DNA of 35,023 nt from a virus. Its lineage: Duplodnaviria; Caudoviricetes. Positions 7,811 to 15,986 of this stretch are shown piece after piece. The stretch's first letter is position 1. Each line of letters starts with the position of its first letter. The notes under the pieces are model-generated. The model was not told the origin of the DNA. It searched no databases and was given only the letters and a program-made list of their open reading frames with translations. The translations under genes were made by a program, and so were the position numbers. The DNA lies in IMG/VR virus record IMGVR_UViG_3300048609_000087, positions 1 through 35,023 of that record; one strand, written 5' to 3'.

Positions 7811-8155
7811 ATGAGCAGAAAAACAATTGCGGTGTTCGTCGCCGTCATCGGCGCGATCCTGGGCGTCATGGCTTCGACCTTCGAGCTGTCCATCAACGCG
7901 ACGGTCCTCGCGGTCGGCATCGCCGGCGTCCTGGTCTGGGTCTTCGGAGAGGCGAAGGCCGACCTGGCCAAGATCGGGGCGCAGATCGGGAGGTTTAAGG
8001 ACCCGAAGTTCTTGCTGACAATGATCAACGCGATCGTCACGGCGCTGGGGACAGCCGAAGTGATTCCCGCGGTCCTGGCGGAAAGCATCATCGCAGTCCT
8101 GACGCTGATCATCGGAATTCTATTCAAGACCGACCAGCGCTTGGCGAAGACCTGA
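7811..8155 (+). CDS. Multi-pass membrane protein, holin-like
   Basis: Strong RBS; about four hydrophobic segments; MSRK start and GEAKAD motif; close to the endolysin. Confidence 0.6.
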   Translation: MSRKTIAVFVAVIGAILGVMASTFELSINATVLAVGIAGVLVWVFGEAKADLAKIGAQIGRFKDPKFLLTMINAIVTALGTAEVIPAVLAESIIAVLTLIIGILFKTDQRLAKT

Positions 8156-8162
8156 ATTTTAG

Positions 8163-8221
8163 GCCTCGGGGGGCCCGGGCTTTTCTTTCCAACCTCCTTT
8201 CACCGGGCCCCTTTCCGGGGC
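8163..8221 (+). ncRNA. Stem-loop with anti-Shine-Dalgarno loop (putative regulatory RNA; an alternative fold is terminator-like)
   Basis: GGGGCCCGG 8170-8178 / CCGGGCCCC 8203-8211 plus GCCTCGG 8163-8169 / CCGGGGC 8215-8221; 24-nt pyrimidine-rich loop containing ACCTCCTTTC. Confidence 0.5.
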
Positions 8222-8256
8222 TGAAAGAGGAACATCCAGATCATGCATGGACGAAG

Positions 8257-8550
8257 GTGATAATGAGTGAAGAAGCAATAAAGCGTCAGAGACGGGAATT
8301 GGCCGATGCGGTTTTCGAGAGGTTCCGACCGTTCGGATTCAGGAAGGAGAGCCTAAGTGGAGACCCCTTCGATATCAGAATCTTCCGCCAGGGGTGTGCC
8401 CAGGAATGGCTGTTCCGTTGCATCCCGTCTGTCTCGAATAAAGACAAAGACGTGGTCCGCGACGACGTGCGGCCTACTTACTGCATCAAAGGCGTCGTTT
8501 TCAGGCCGACGCCCGGAAGTAAGCAGATCTGTTTTCTCGAAATCGAATAG
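8257..8550 (+). CDS. Hypothetical protein
   Basis: 97-aa ORF filling the gap; ATG 8263 after AAGGTG is an alternative start. Confidence 0.55.
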   Translation: MIMSEEAIKRQRRELADAVFERFRPFGFRKESLSGDPFDIRIFRQGCAQEWLFRCIPSVSNKDKDVVRDDVRPTYCIKGVVFRPTPGSKQICFLEIE

Positions 8551-8655
8551 CCTGTCAATAACTTTTACCCACCGTAAGGCCGTCGTTCCGACGGTCTAAC
8601 GCCTCGTTTACCCCGCTCTCAGGCGTTCCCTGCAAAACCGTAGTAAAGCCGGGCT

Positions 8656-8670
8656 TACATTGTAGGCGTG
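8656..8670 (+). promoter_or_regulatory. Possible -10 element giving a leaderless late transcript
   Basis: TACATT at 8656-8661 ends 6 nt before GTG 8668; no good SD and no consensus -35. Confidence 0.3.
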
Positions 8671-9126
8671 AAGCCACAGGACCTCATCCGGGCCGACTAC
8701 CTTCGCGCCGTCGCGGTGGACTACGCCAAGCACTTCATCGGGACGCCCTACCGTTGGGGCGGCGATGACCCGATGGCCGGGTTCGACTGCTCGGGCTTCG
8801 TGATCGAGATTCTTCAGTCCGTCGGCATCCTGGGGCATGGCCTGGACTTCTCGGCCGACGCCCTCTATGACATCTTCAAGCACGCCGTCGTCACCACGCT
8901 CGGCTATGCGGGGTGTCTGGCATTCTGGCTCGATGACGCGGGGCGCGCGGTCCATGTGATGCTGATGGTCGACAACGGGCACGTGATCGGGGCCTCGGGC
9001 GGGGGATCTGCAACGATCACGGCGTCGGACGCGATCCGAGATAACGCCTTCCTCAAGTTGAGGCCCCTTTCTTATCGCAAGGGGACGCCCGTCATTGTCG
9101 ATCCATTCAGGAAGACCGTGGAGTGA
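8668..9126 (+). CDS. NlpC/P60 cysteine peptidase, probable endolysin
   Basis: GTPYRWGGDDPMAGFDCSGF with catalytic Cys and downstream HV; no signal peptide; flanked by holin-like and lipoprotein genes. Confidence 0.88.
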   Translation: MKPQDLIRADYLRAVAVDYAKHFIGTPYRWGGDDPMAGFDCSGFVIEILQSVGILGHGLDFSADALYDIFKHAVVTTLGYAGCLAFWLDDAGRAVHVMLMVDNGHVIGASGGGSATITASDAIRDNAFLKLRPLSYRKGTPVIVDPFRKTVE

Positions 9127-9129
9127 ATC

Positions 9130-9300
9130 ATGGCGATCGCCCTCAAGGACATCCTCGCACTTCTCGAAAAGATCATCGACCTGGAGGCCCAAATCGAGAC
9201 GGCCATCGAGAGCGAGAAGGATAAGGACAGACGTGAAAAGTATACGAAGGCTTTTCGGGATCGGGATCTTAACGCTCTGCGCACTCTGCTTTTTGACTGA
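9130..9300 (+). CDS. 56-aa helical protein (not in the ORF track)
   Basis: GGAG RBS, ATG 9130, MAIALKDILALLEKIIDLEAQIETAIESEKDKDRREKYTKAFRDRDLNALRTLLFD, TGA 9298-9300; typical codon usage. Confidence 0.7.
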   Translation: MAIALKDILALLEKIIDLEAQIETAIESEKDKDRREKYTKAFRDRDLNALRTLLFD

Positions 9301-9490
9301 GGCGTGCTCGCGTTATAACCCGGCCCTCTACCCGTCCTACGACGTCTTGAACCCGGGCCCCGAGGTTCGCCTGAACCCGCTCGCATTCACCGAGGACGGA
9401 AACTTGATCGTCAACCAGGCATTCATCCGCTGGGTAGATGAACTCAAGCGGGAAATCATCAAGCTCCGAAAGGCGTCAAGGGGGAAGTGA
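9233..9490 (+). CDS. Putative lipoprotein, o-spanin-like
   Basis: GTG 9233 after AAGGA; basic N-terminus, hydrophobic core, LTEA-C lipobox-like site, Pro-rich mature region; overlaps the upstream gene in another frame. Confidence 0.55.
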   Translation: MKSIRRLFGIGILTLCALCFLTEACSRYNPALYPSYDVLNPGPEVRLNPLAFTEDGNLIVNQAFIRWVDELKREIIKLRKASRGK

Positions 9491-9816
9491 TGATCACGGA
9501 AATCATACAGACTACGGCGGACGCCGTCAAGACGTCCTCCTACGTCACGGGGCAATTCGTCATTGATGGGGCGCTTCTCATCGGGACGTTGAAAGTTATC
9601 GAGGCCATCATTGGTAAGATCCGGACAAGGAGAAACGGGGGAAGCGTGCAGGCTAAAATCGAAGAGCTGGAGAAGAACCCTAAGTCGGGCGAGGGCGAGA
9701 CGTGCCGGGAGCATGGGGAGGCGATCTCCGCCCTCGAAGAATCCAAGAAGAACACCTATGGTTGGCTTGCCCGCATCGATGGCAAGATCGACAGGCTTCT
9801 GGAGCGGAAGGGATAA
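9487..9816 (+). CDS. Single-pass membrane protein with coiled coil (lysis accessory / holin-like)
   Basis: GTGA overlap; hydrophobic VIDGALLIGTLKVIEAIIG, then basic patch and C-terminal RIDGKIDRLLE. Confidence 0.55.
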   Translation: MMITEIIQTTADAVKTSSYVTGQFVIDGALLIGTLKVIEAIIGKIRTRRNGGSVQAKIEELEKNPKSGEGETCREHGEAISALEESKKNTYGWLARIDGKIDRLLERKG

Positions 9817-9818
9817 CG

Positions 9819-10319
9819 ATGACCATGAAGATCCTCAAGGTCCCGATCTCCTCCGTCATCCCGTGGGATAAAAATCCCCGTGGTATCAAGACGGAGGACT
9901 TCGAGCGCTTGAAGAAGCAGATCCTCAAGCTCGGCGTCTACAAGCCGCTCGTCTGCTACCGGGACGGCAAGAAGTACGTTGTCCTGGGCGGGAATATGAG
10001 GATCCGGGCCCTCCAGGAGCTCGGCGTCCGGGAAGTCGAAATCTCCCTAGTCATGCCGAAGACTGAGGCCGAGCGGATCGAGTACGCGCTCTCCGACAAC
10101 GACCGCGCCGGCTACTACGAAGAGGAAGTTCTTGCGGAGCTCATCCTCCCGCACCTCAAGGAGATTAATCTCTCAGACTACAGGGTGGACGTCGGGGGGA
10201 CGATCGATCTCAAGGAGCTCATGGAGAAGTACGGCCCCGATCTGGAGCCCAAGGAAAAGGACCTCGACGAGTCGCTTGAGACTCAGAACGAATGCCCGAG
10301 GTGTGGATACAGATGGTGA
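9819..10319 (+). CDS. ParB N-terminal (ParBc/Srx) domain protein with C-terminal zinc-ribbon knuckle
   Basis: PWDKNPR, LKKQILKLGVYKPLV, VLGGNMRIRAL, ALSDN; ends ECPRCGYRW. Confidence 0.8.
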   Translation: MTMKILKVPISSVIPWDKNPRGIKTEDFERLKKQILKLGVYKPLVCYRDGKKYVVLGGNMRIRALQELGVREVEISLVMPKTEAERIEYALSDNDRAGYYEEEVLAELILPHLKEINLSDYRVDVGGTIDLKELMEKYGPDLEPKEKDLDESLETQNECPRCGYRW

Positions 10320-11278
10320 AAAAGCCGACGGTGATCTCGGTCTTTGCCGGCTGCGGCGGGAGTTCCCTTGGCTATAATTGGGCCGGATATCGGGAGCTCC
10401 TTGCGATCGACTTTGACACGAACGCCGTCGAGACGTTCAGGCTCAATTTCCCTTCCATCCCCGCCTGGGAGCGGGACATCAAGACCGTCACGAGTAAGGA
10501 GATCCTCGAGGCCTGCCGGCTTAAACGCGGCGCCCTTGACGTTCTGGACGGATCTCCGCCCTGCCAGGGATTCTCGGCCTCCGGACGGCGGGACGTCAAC
10601 GATCCCCGGAATGACCTCTTCCAGGATTTCGCCCGTCTGATCGAAGAGATCCGGCCGAAGGTCTTCGTAATGGAGAACGTGACCGGCATGGTCAAAGGGA
10701 AAATGAAAGGCCGGTTCATCGAAATCATGAAGACGCTCAAAGCTCTGCCTTACCAGGTGAAATGCCGGCTCATGAACGCGAAGCATTACGGGGTTCCCCA
10801 GTCGCGATCCCGGCTGATCTGGATCGGTGTGAGAGACGACCTCGGGGAAGAACCGTCTTTTCCTACCCCCCAGAGGAAACTAATTCCGGTGAAGAGAGTT
10901 CTGGCCGGCCTGCCTGAGGATCCATCCCGGACCCTCAGCGACCTTGGCGTCGAGATCTGGCGAAAATGTAGGAGCGGCGAATCGTTCGACAAGTATCATC
11001 CCAAAGGAATCTGGTTCAATGGTTGCAAAGTCAATCCGAACCGTCCCTGCCCTACAATCGAGAAAACGGTGATGCCCACAGGGGGAGGCGGACTGTTTCA
11101 CTGGCGGCACCCTCGGTGCTTGAACATTGCTGAACTTAAAAAGGTTGCGGGCTTTCCCGATGAGTTCCAGCTTATCGGCAACTTCCGGACGCAGTGGGCC
11201 AGGATCGGGAACGCGGTGATGCCGCGCTTCATGGAGGCCATCGCTTCTCACATCAAGAGGACGGTGTTGCAGCCATGA
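10313..11278 (+). CDS. DNA (cytosine-5) methyltransferase
   Basis: Motif I FAGCGG, motif IV GSPPCQGFS, motif VI ENV, motif VIII QSRSR, motif X IGNAV. Confidence 0.95.
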   Translation: MVKKPTVISVFAGCGGSSLGYNWAGYRELLAIDFDTNAVETFRLNFPSIPAWERDIKTVTSKEILEACRLKRGALDVLDGSPPCQGFSASGRRDVNDPRNDLFQDFARLIEEIRPKVFVMENVTGMVKGKMKGRFIEIMKTLKALPYQVKCRLMNAKHYGVPQSRSRLIWIGVRDDLGEEPSFPTPQRKLIPVKRVLAGLPEDPSRTLSDLGVEIWRKCRSGESFDKYHPKGIWFNGCKVNPNRPCPTIEKTVMPTGGGGLFHWRHPRCLNIAELKKVAGFPDEFQLIGNFRTQWARIGNAVMPRFMEAIASHIKRTVLQP

Positions 11279-11736
11279 AAATCAAAGTCGCGAAGCTCAA
11301 CCACCCGTTCAAGATGGACCAGCTCAACCTCGAGAAGGTGGAGGTCATTGCCAGCATGGGGCTGACCGATGAACAGATCGCCGTCATTCTCGAAATCAGC
11401 CCCCGGACCCTGAATTACTGGAAGAAACACCCCGCGTTTTTGCAGTCCCTAAAAAGGGGGAAGCTCAAGGCGGACTTCCAGATCACCCAGAGCCTCTACA
11501 AGAAGGCGATCGGATACGAAACGCTTGATAAAAGCGGGAAGAGGGTATGGATGGCGGGTGACACGACCGCCATGATCTTCTGGCTAAAGAACCGGCAGCC
11601 TGAGAAATGGCGTGAAAAGACGCAGCTCGAGCACTTGGGCTCCATCAAGACCGGCGACAAGCTCACGATCCGCGTCGTCCATGTCGCGGCCGGCGACAGC
11701 GGTAATGGAAAACGAAAAGGGAAGCCGAAGAAATGA
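11275..11736 (+). CDS. terS: Terminase small subunit
   Basis: HTH (GLTDEQIAVILEISPRTLNYWKK), SLYKKAIG, DTTAMIFWLKNRQPEKWR; directly upstream of terL. Confidence 0.85.
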   Translation: MKIKVAKLNHPFKMDQLNLEKVEVIASMGLTDEQIAVILEISPRTLNYWKKHPAFLQSLKRGKLKADFQITQSLYKKAIGYETLDKSGKRVWMAGDTTAMIFWLKNRQPEKWREKTQLEHLGSIKTGDKLTIRVVHVAAGDSGNGKRKGKPKK

Positions 11737-12968
11737 CGGAAGAGACACTGGGGATGGAGCTCGTAATATCGTCCTCGTTCTTTCCTCTGCTCGAGGAGAC
11801 GAAAAGGTATCTCGTCCTGTGCGGCGGAGCCGGCTCGGGCAAGACCGAGTTCGCGGCCCGGAAACTTTTTATCCGCGGCATGAGGGAGGGCCGGCACAGG
11901 TTCCTCGTTCTCCGGAAAGTCCGGTCCCGCGTCCGGGAGTCCGTCCTGGCCGTGTTCAAGACGATGCTCGACGAGATCGGCATGGCCTACGAGTTCAACA
12001 AGACCGACCGGACGATTATCTTCCGCAACCCGGCGGGCGACCTTGTCGAAATCCTTTTTGACGGCCTGGACGACCCAGAGAAGATCAAGAGCATCAAGGG
12101 GATCACGGGGATCTGGCTCGAGGAGACGACGGAGTTCACGAAGCAGGACTTCCTCCAGCTCGACCTTAGGCTGCGCGAGCCGGGCCCGGGCTACCACCAG
12201 ATCATTCTCACGTTCAACCCGGACGAGCTGCAGGCGCCCTGGCTCAAGGAGATGTTCTTCGATTCCATCAAGCCCGACGCCCGCGTCCACAACTCGACGA
12301 TCGACGACAATCCGATCCGGGAGGTCCGCGACAAATACCGCGCGCGCCTAGCCGACCTCAAGGGCCAGGACGAGACGATGTACTCCATCTACGGCTTGGG
12401 AAAGTGGGCCGTGGCGAAGGGGAGGATCTACAACTGGGACGTCGTGGTGGCGCCGCCGGCGCATTACGACGAGATCTTCTACGGCGGGGACTTCGGCTAT
12501 TCGGTCAACCCGTCGGCGTGCATCCGGATCTGGCGCCTCGGCAACAACGACTTCTGGCTCCAGGAGGTCGTGTACCAGGACGAACTCACGAACCCGGACC
12601 TCGGGGATAAGATGGCCGAAGGCGGCGTCGCGGGAACCGATGACGTCTATTTCGACTCGTCCGAGCCGAAATCGATCGACGAACTCTGCGACACCGGTCT
12701 CAATATCAAACCGGCGGAGAAGGGCCCCGACTCCGTCCGGGCGGGCATAATCTTCCTGAAGAGCAAGAGGATCCACATCGTGGCCGGTTCGGAGAACATC
12801 ATCCGGGAGTCCAAGAGATACAAGTGGCGCGTCGACAAGAACGGCAACCCGCTGCCCGAGCCGGTCAAGTTCGACGACCACGCGATGGACGCCGTTCGCT
12901 ACGGCATCTATACCCATATGCGGGCCGCCGGAGCCGCGTACGTCTGCCAGGGCGGAGAGGTCTACTGA
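11733..12968 (+). CDS. terL: Terminase large subunit, PBSX/SPP1-like
   Basis: Walker A GGAGSGKT, GLDDPEKIKS, Walker B WLEE, TFNP, nuclease motifs GGDFG, DSSEP and DDHAMDAVRY. Confidence 0.96.
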   Translation: MTEETLGMELVISSSFFPLLEETKRYLVLCGGAGSGKTEFAARKLFIRGMREGRHRFLVLRKVRSRVRESVLAVFKTMLDEIGMAYEFNKTDRTIIFRNPAGDLVEILFDGLDDPEKIKSIKGITGIWLEETTEFTKQDFLQLDLRLREPGPGYHQIILTFNPDELQAPWLKEMFFDSIKPDARVHNSTIDDNPIREVRDKYRARLADLKGQDETMYSIYGLGKWAVAKGRIYNWDVVVAPPAHYDEIFYGGDFGYSVNPSACIRIWRLGNNDFWLQEVVYQDELTNPDLGDKMAEGGVAGTDDVYFDSSEPKSIDELCDTGLNIKPAEKGPDSVRAGIIFLKSKRIHIVAGSENIIRESKRYKWRVDKNGNPLPEPVKFDDHAMDAVRYGIYTHMRAAGAAYVCQGGEVY

Positions 12969-14380
12969 TGGACATCACGGGGCGGAAGACGAAGCGGGCC
13001 CTCGAGGCCATGCAGGGCGAGTTCGACGGGCTCAAGAAGGCCGGCGAAAAACAGCGGAAGGAGTTCGGCCGCCTGCGGGAAACGAACGAGCAGCTCCGGC
13101 AAAGGAACAAGCTCCAGGCCCTCATAATCGACGACATCACGACCGCGCAGAAGGCGGATGCGAAGACCTACGCCGGCAACGAGTACCGAGAATACATGAA
13201 GACGATCATTGAGATTGCCAAGAAGTACGACGGTGAGGCCGAGTGGGGCGTCCTCCAGACGGGGAACATCATCGATGTGCGGTCGGCCTTCATCATCGGC
13301 CAGGGCGTCGCCGCTATCCCCACAGAGAAGGCATTCAAGGAATCCGACGAGATGAAGTTTATCCGGGATTTCTTCTCCTACAACAACCTCGATCGGGAGA
13401 TGGCGCAGGAGTTCGCGAAGGAGGCCGAGATCGAGGGCTGCTTCCTGGCCCAGCTCGTATGGAACGAGGACGACCAGCAGGTCTCGATCCAATTCCGGTC
13501 GCGGGTCGAGAAGAACTACGCGGTCCACCATGTCGTCGACGACTACTCGTGGTATGACAGCGTCGCGTGGACGGAGAAGGGCTCCTCGAAAGAAAAGATC
13601 CTCAAGGAGCCGGAGTTCGTCTACGCGCGCTTCGGCGGCCGGATCCATCAGCCGAACAAGCCGATACCCAAGGTCGGGAAATGCCTGACCCAAGTCGAGG
13701 CGCTGGACAAGGCGCTCCGCGACTGGCGCGAGATCAACCACCTCTACGTCGCGCCGATCCCGGCCATCGAGTGCGCGGACGAGAAGGCGGCCGCGGCCAT
13801 GAACAAGGCGACGGCCGGCGTCAACTGGAAGCTCCGCAAGATGGTCGTCATTGCCGGCAAGCTCGTCTACGTCTCGCCGAACCTCCAGGGGGGCAACGAG
13901 GCGCTCGAGAAGGAGATCGCCGCCAACGCGAAGATGATTTCGGGCACGACCGGGACGCCGCTCCACTTCCTCGGGATGCCGGAGTTCATGGGCCAGGGGC
14001 GCGCGACGGCGGACAGCCTCATGGAGCTCGTGACGGCGTCGACGAGCAAGGAGCGGATGATCTGGATCGGCGCCTACAGCGAGATCATCAAGAAGGCGAT
14101 GCTGCTCCGGAACGCGAATAAGACGACGACGCCGCTCGACCCATCCAAATACAAGGTCATCATCCCCTATGTCACCGAGGCCGTTTGGAAGCGGATTGCC
14201 GAAGTCTTCCTTCCGGCCTATCTGGACGGCGCCATCAGCCTCCAGACCTTCCTCATGCAGATCCCGGGGATCGACGTCGACGCGGAGCTCGAGCTCCAAA
14301 AGGCGCGCGACGCCGGCGCGCTCGAGCGGTTCAACAAGAAGAAGGTCCCGGGCGACGAGCAGGACGTCGAGGAACAATAA
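12968..14380 (+). CDS. Portal protein
   Basis: 470 aa, TGATG-coupled directly after terL; ISGTTGTPLHFLG...RATA motif. Confidence 0.8.
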   Translation: MDITGRKTKRALEAMQGEFDGLKKAGEKQRKEFGRLRETNEQLRQRNKLQALIIDDITTAQKADAKTYAGNEYREYMKTIIEIAKKYDGEAEWGVLQTGNIIDVRSAFIIGQGVAAIPTEKAFKESDEMKFIRDFFSYNNLDREMAQEFAKEAEIEGCFLAQLVWNEDDQQVSIQFRSRVEKNYAVHHVVDDYSWYDSVAWTEKGSSKEKILKEPEFVYARFGGRIHQPNKPIPKVGKCLTQVEALDKALRDWREINHLYVAPIPAIECADEKAAAAMNKATAGVNWKLRKMVVIAGKLVYVSPNLQGGNEALEKEIAANAKMISGTTGTPLHFLGMPEFMGQGRATADSLMELVTASTSKERMIWIGAYSEIIKKAMLLRNANKTTTPLDPSKYKVIIPYVTEAVWKRIAEVFLPAYLDGAISLQTFLMQIPGIDVDAELELQKARDAGALERFNKKKVPGDEQDVEEQ

Positions 14381-14393
14381 AGAGGTGAAAGAC

Positions 14394-14564
14394 ATGGACA
14401 TCATCGACAGGACGAAGGACGCGATAACGACGAACAACACGAAGCCCAGGGTGCCGGAACATCCGAAGGTCCGGACGCCGGCAGCCGGCCCGCTGATTTC
14501 GACGGGGAACACGAAGCCGGCGGAAAAGACTGAAGCCGAGAAGAAGAGGGCAGCCAAGAAATAA
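14394..14564 (+). CDS. 56-aa Thr/Pro/Lys-rich protein with internal repeat
   Basis: GAGGTG RBS; ITTNNTKP / ISTGNTKP repeat. Confidence 0.6.
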   Translation: MDIIDRTKDAITTNNTKPRVPEHPKVRTPAAGPLISTGNTKPAEKTEAEKKRAAKK

Positions 14565-14576
14565 GGAGAGGCGATC

Positions 14577-14807
14577 ATGGGTGAATTGGAAGACAAATTT
14601 CACGAGGTCGAGATCAATTTCACGGCCGGGCCATCGCCCGACTTCCTCTTCAAGGTCGACGGGAAGAAGTTCGAGCACACTTGCGGCATCGTCATCAAAA
14701 GCGCCCTAGCCGCGGGCGGTCAATATCCGGTCGTCACCGTCTCCTTTTTCGCCAGGTCGGTCACGGGCCGTGTCAAGGGGATGGTCGTCGAGGAGAAGCC
14801 GTTTTGA
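14577..14807 (+). CDS. Hypothetical beta-rich protein
   Basis: AAGGAGAGG RBS; 76 aa; stop overlaps the next TTG start. Confidence 0.65.
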   Translation: MGELEDKFHEVEINFTAGPSPDFLFKVDGKKFEHTCGIVIKSALAAGGQYPVVTVSFFARSVTGRVKGMVVEEKPF

Positions 14808-15958
14808 AGATCCTCGCCCGCGTCCTCGCGATGGCCGACGCCGAGGTCCTGGGCCTCATCTCGCCGCGCGTCATTAGAGACATCAAGCGCGAGGATCCGG
14901 CGCCCGTGTTCAAGGCCTTTATCGTTGGCCAGGAGGGTGAATCGAGGCCGAACATCGTCGGCGTCGGTGCGACCGTCCAGCGCTGGTTCCAGTCGGCGAT
15001 CGAGAAGCTCACGGAGAAGCTCGGGCTCGGCCTGCCGGTCTACCACAACCACACGCCCACGAATACGGACAGGAACCGGCCGGCGATCGGCGAGGTCGTC
15101 GGCAAGGCGCTCAAGAACATCGAGGGCTCGCTGTCCTCTGTCGTCGTCGCGTACATCTTCCCGCAGTACCGGGGCCTGCCGCTCGACGTCGCCTCGATCG
15201 AGGCCGGTGTCATGGTGCCGCAGGACAGCCGCGAGTTCGACGTCAAGGACGTTGACATACAGGACGTTACGGGGATTGCGCTCGGCAATTCCCAGACCGA
15301 TAAGCCGGCGTTCCCGGGGGCAACGCTCCTCGCGCAGCTCCAGGCGTTCGCCGAGAAATCCGATCCCAAAGGAGGGAATGAGAAAATGACCCTGGACGAA
15401 ATCAAAAAGGCGATCCAGGAGGGTAAGTACAATCCGTCGGACGTGTTCGCGCCCACGGTCCTTACCTCCGACCCCTTCATCAGAGAGCACGTGGAGGAGA
15501 AGATCAATAACGCGAAGGGCTACGACATCCGCAAGCGCCAGGAGCTCGAGACGAAAGCCGCGGCGCTCGAGGCGGAGAAGAAGGCCCTTCAGGACGAGCT
15601 GGCGTCTTCCCGGACCAGTGTCCTCAAGACCAAAGCTAAAGAGACGTTCGAGACGGTGCTCATCGAACGCCCGAAGCTCAAAGGGGACGAGCGACTCACG
15701 AGGTTCGTCCGCAAGCAGTTCGAAAAGTCCTTCGCGCCGACCGACGAGGCCAAGCTCAAGGACGAACTCAACAAGTTCGTCGACGGGCAGGTGGTCGAGT
15801 TCCAGGAGCTCTTCGGCGAGCCCGGAAAAGGCGGCGGCAAAGAGAAAACCGACGCGGAGAGGGCGGCCGAAGCGGCCGCCGCGGCCGCCGAGGAGAATAG
15901 GGACAAGACGGACCTCCTAAATCCGAAGAACAATGATTTGATCCCGACCGAGATTTGA
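14804..15958 (+). CDS. Prohead protease-scaffold fusion (putative)
   Basis: Between portal and capsid; N-terminal globular part with VYHNH, IGEVV, ASIEA and GIALG...PAFPGA; C-terminal coiled coil. Confidence 0.65.
   Translation: MKILARVLAMADAEVLGLISPRVIRDIKREDPAPVFKAFIVGQEGESRPNIVGVGATVQRWFQSAIEKLTEKLGLGLPVYHNHTPTNTDRNRPAIGEVVGKALKNIEGSLSSVVVAYIFPQYRGLPLDVASIEAGVMVPQDSREFDVKDVDIQDVTGIALGNSQTDKPAFPGATLLAQLQAFAEKSDPKGGNEKMTLDEIKKAIQEGKYNPSDVFAPTVLTSDPFIREHVEEKINNAKGYDIRKRQELETKAAALEAEKKALQDELASSRTSVLKTKAKETFETVLIERPKLKGDERLTRFVRKQFEKSFAPTDEAKLKDELNKFVDGQVVEFQELFGEPGKGGGKEKTDAERAAEAAAAAAEENRDKTDLLNPKNNDLIPTEI
15386..15958 (+). CDS. Nested in-frame scaffold protein (internal start)
   Basis: AAAGGAGG at 15368-15375, 10 nt before in-frame ATG 15386 at the domain boundary. 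Confidence 0.6.
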   Translation: MTLDEIKKAIQEGKYNPSDVFAPTVLTSDPFIREHVEEKINNAKGYDIRKRQELETKAAALEAEKKALQDELASSRTSVLKTKAKETFETVLIERPKLKGDERLTRFVRKQFEKSFAPTDEAKLKDELNKFVDGQVVEFQELFGEPGKGGGKEKTDAERAAEAAAAAAEENRDKTDLLNPKNNDLIPTEI

Positions 15959-15986
15959 TCGAGGCGGGAGGCCAAGGAGGTAACAC

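Noticed and set aside
8530-8558. Second minus-strand TTGACA
   Set aside because: No acceptable -10 at 16-18 nt spacing (AAAACA)
10313-11278. Restriction-modification system
   Set aside because: No endonuclease gene adjacent; flanking genes are ParB-N and terS
7741-14566. AGCCAAGAAATAAGG at the ends of ORFs 7526-7753 and 14394-14564
   Set aside because: Explained by both proteins ending AKK-stop followed by purine-rich sequence; no other shared context
12962-14596. 544-aa minus-strand ORF
   Set aside because: Antisense shadow of the portal gene, expected from strong C/G third-position bias; no recognisable motifs
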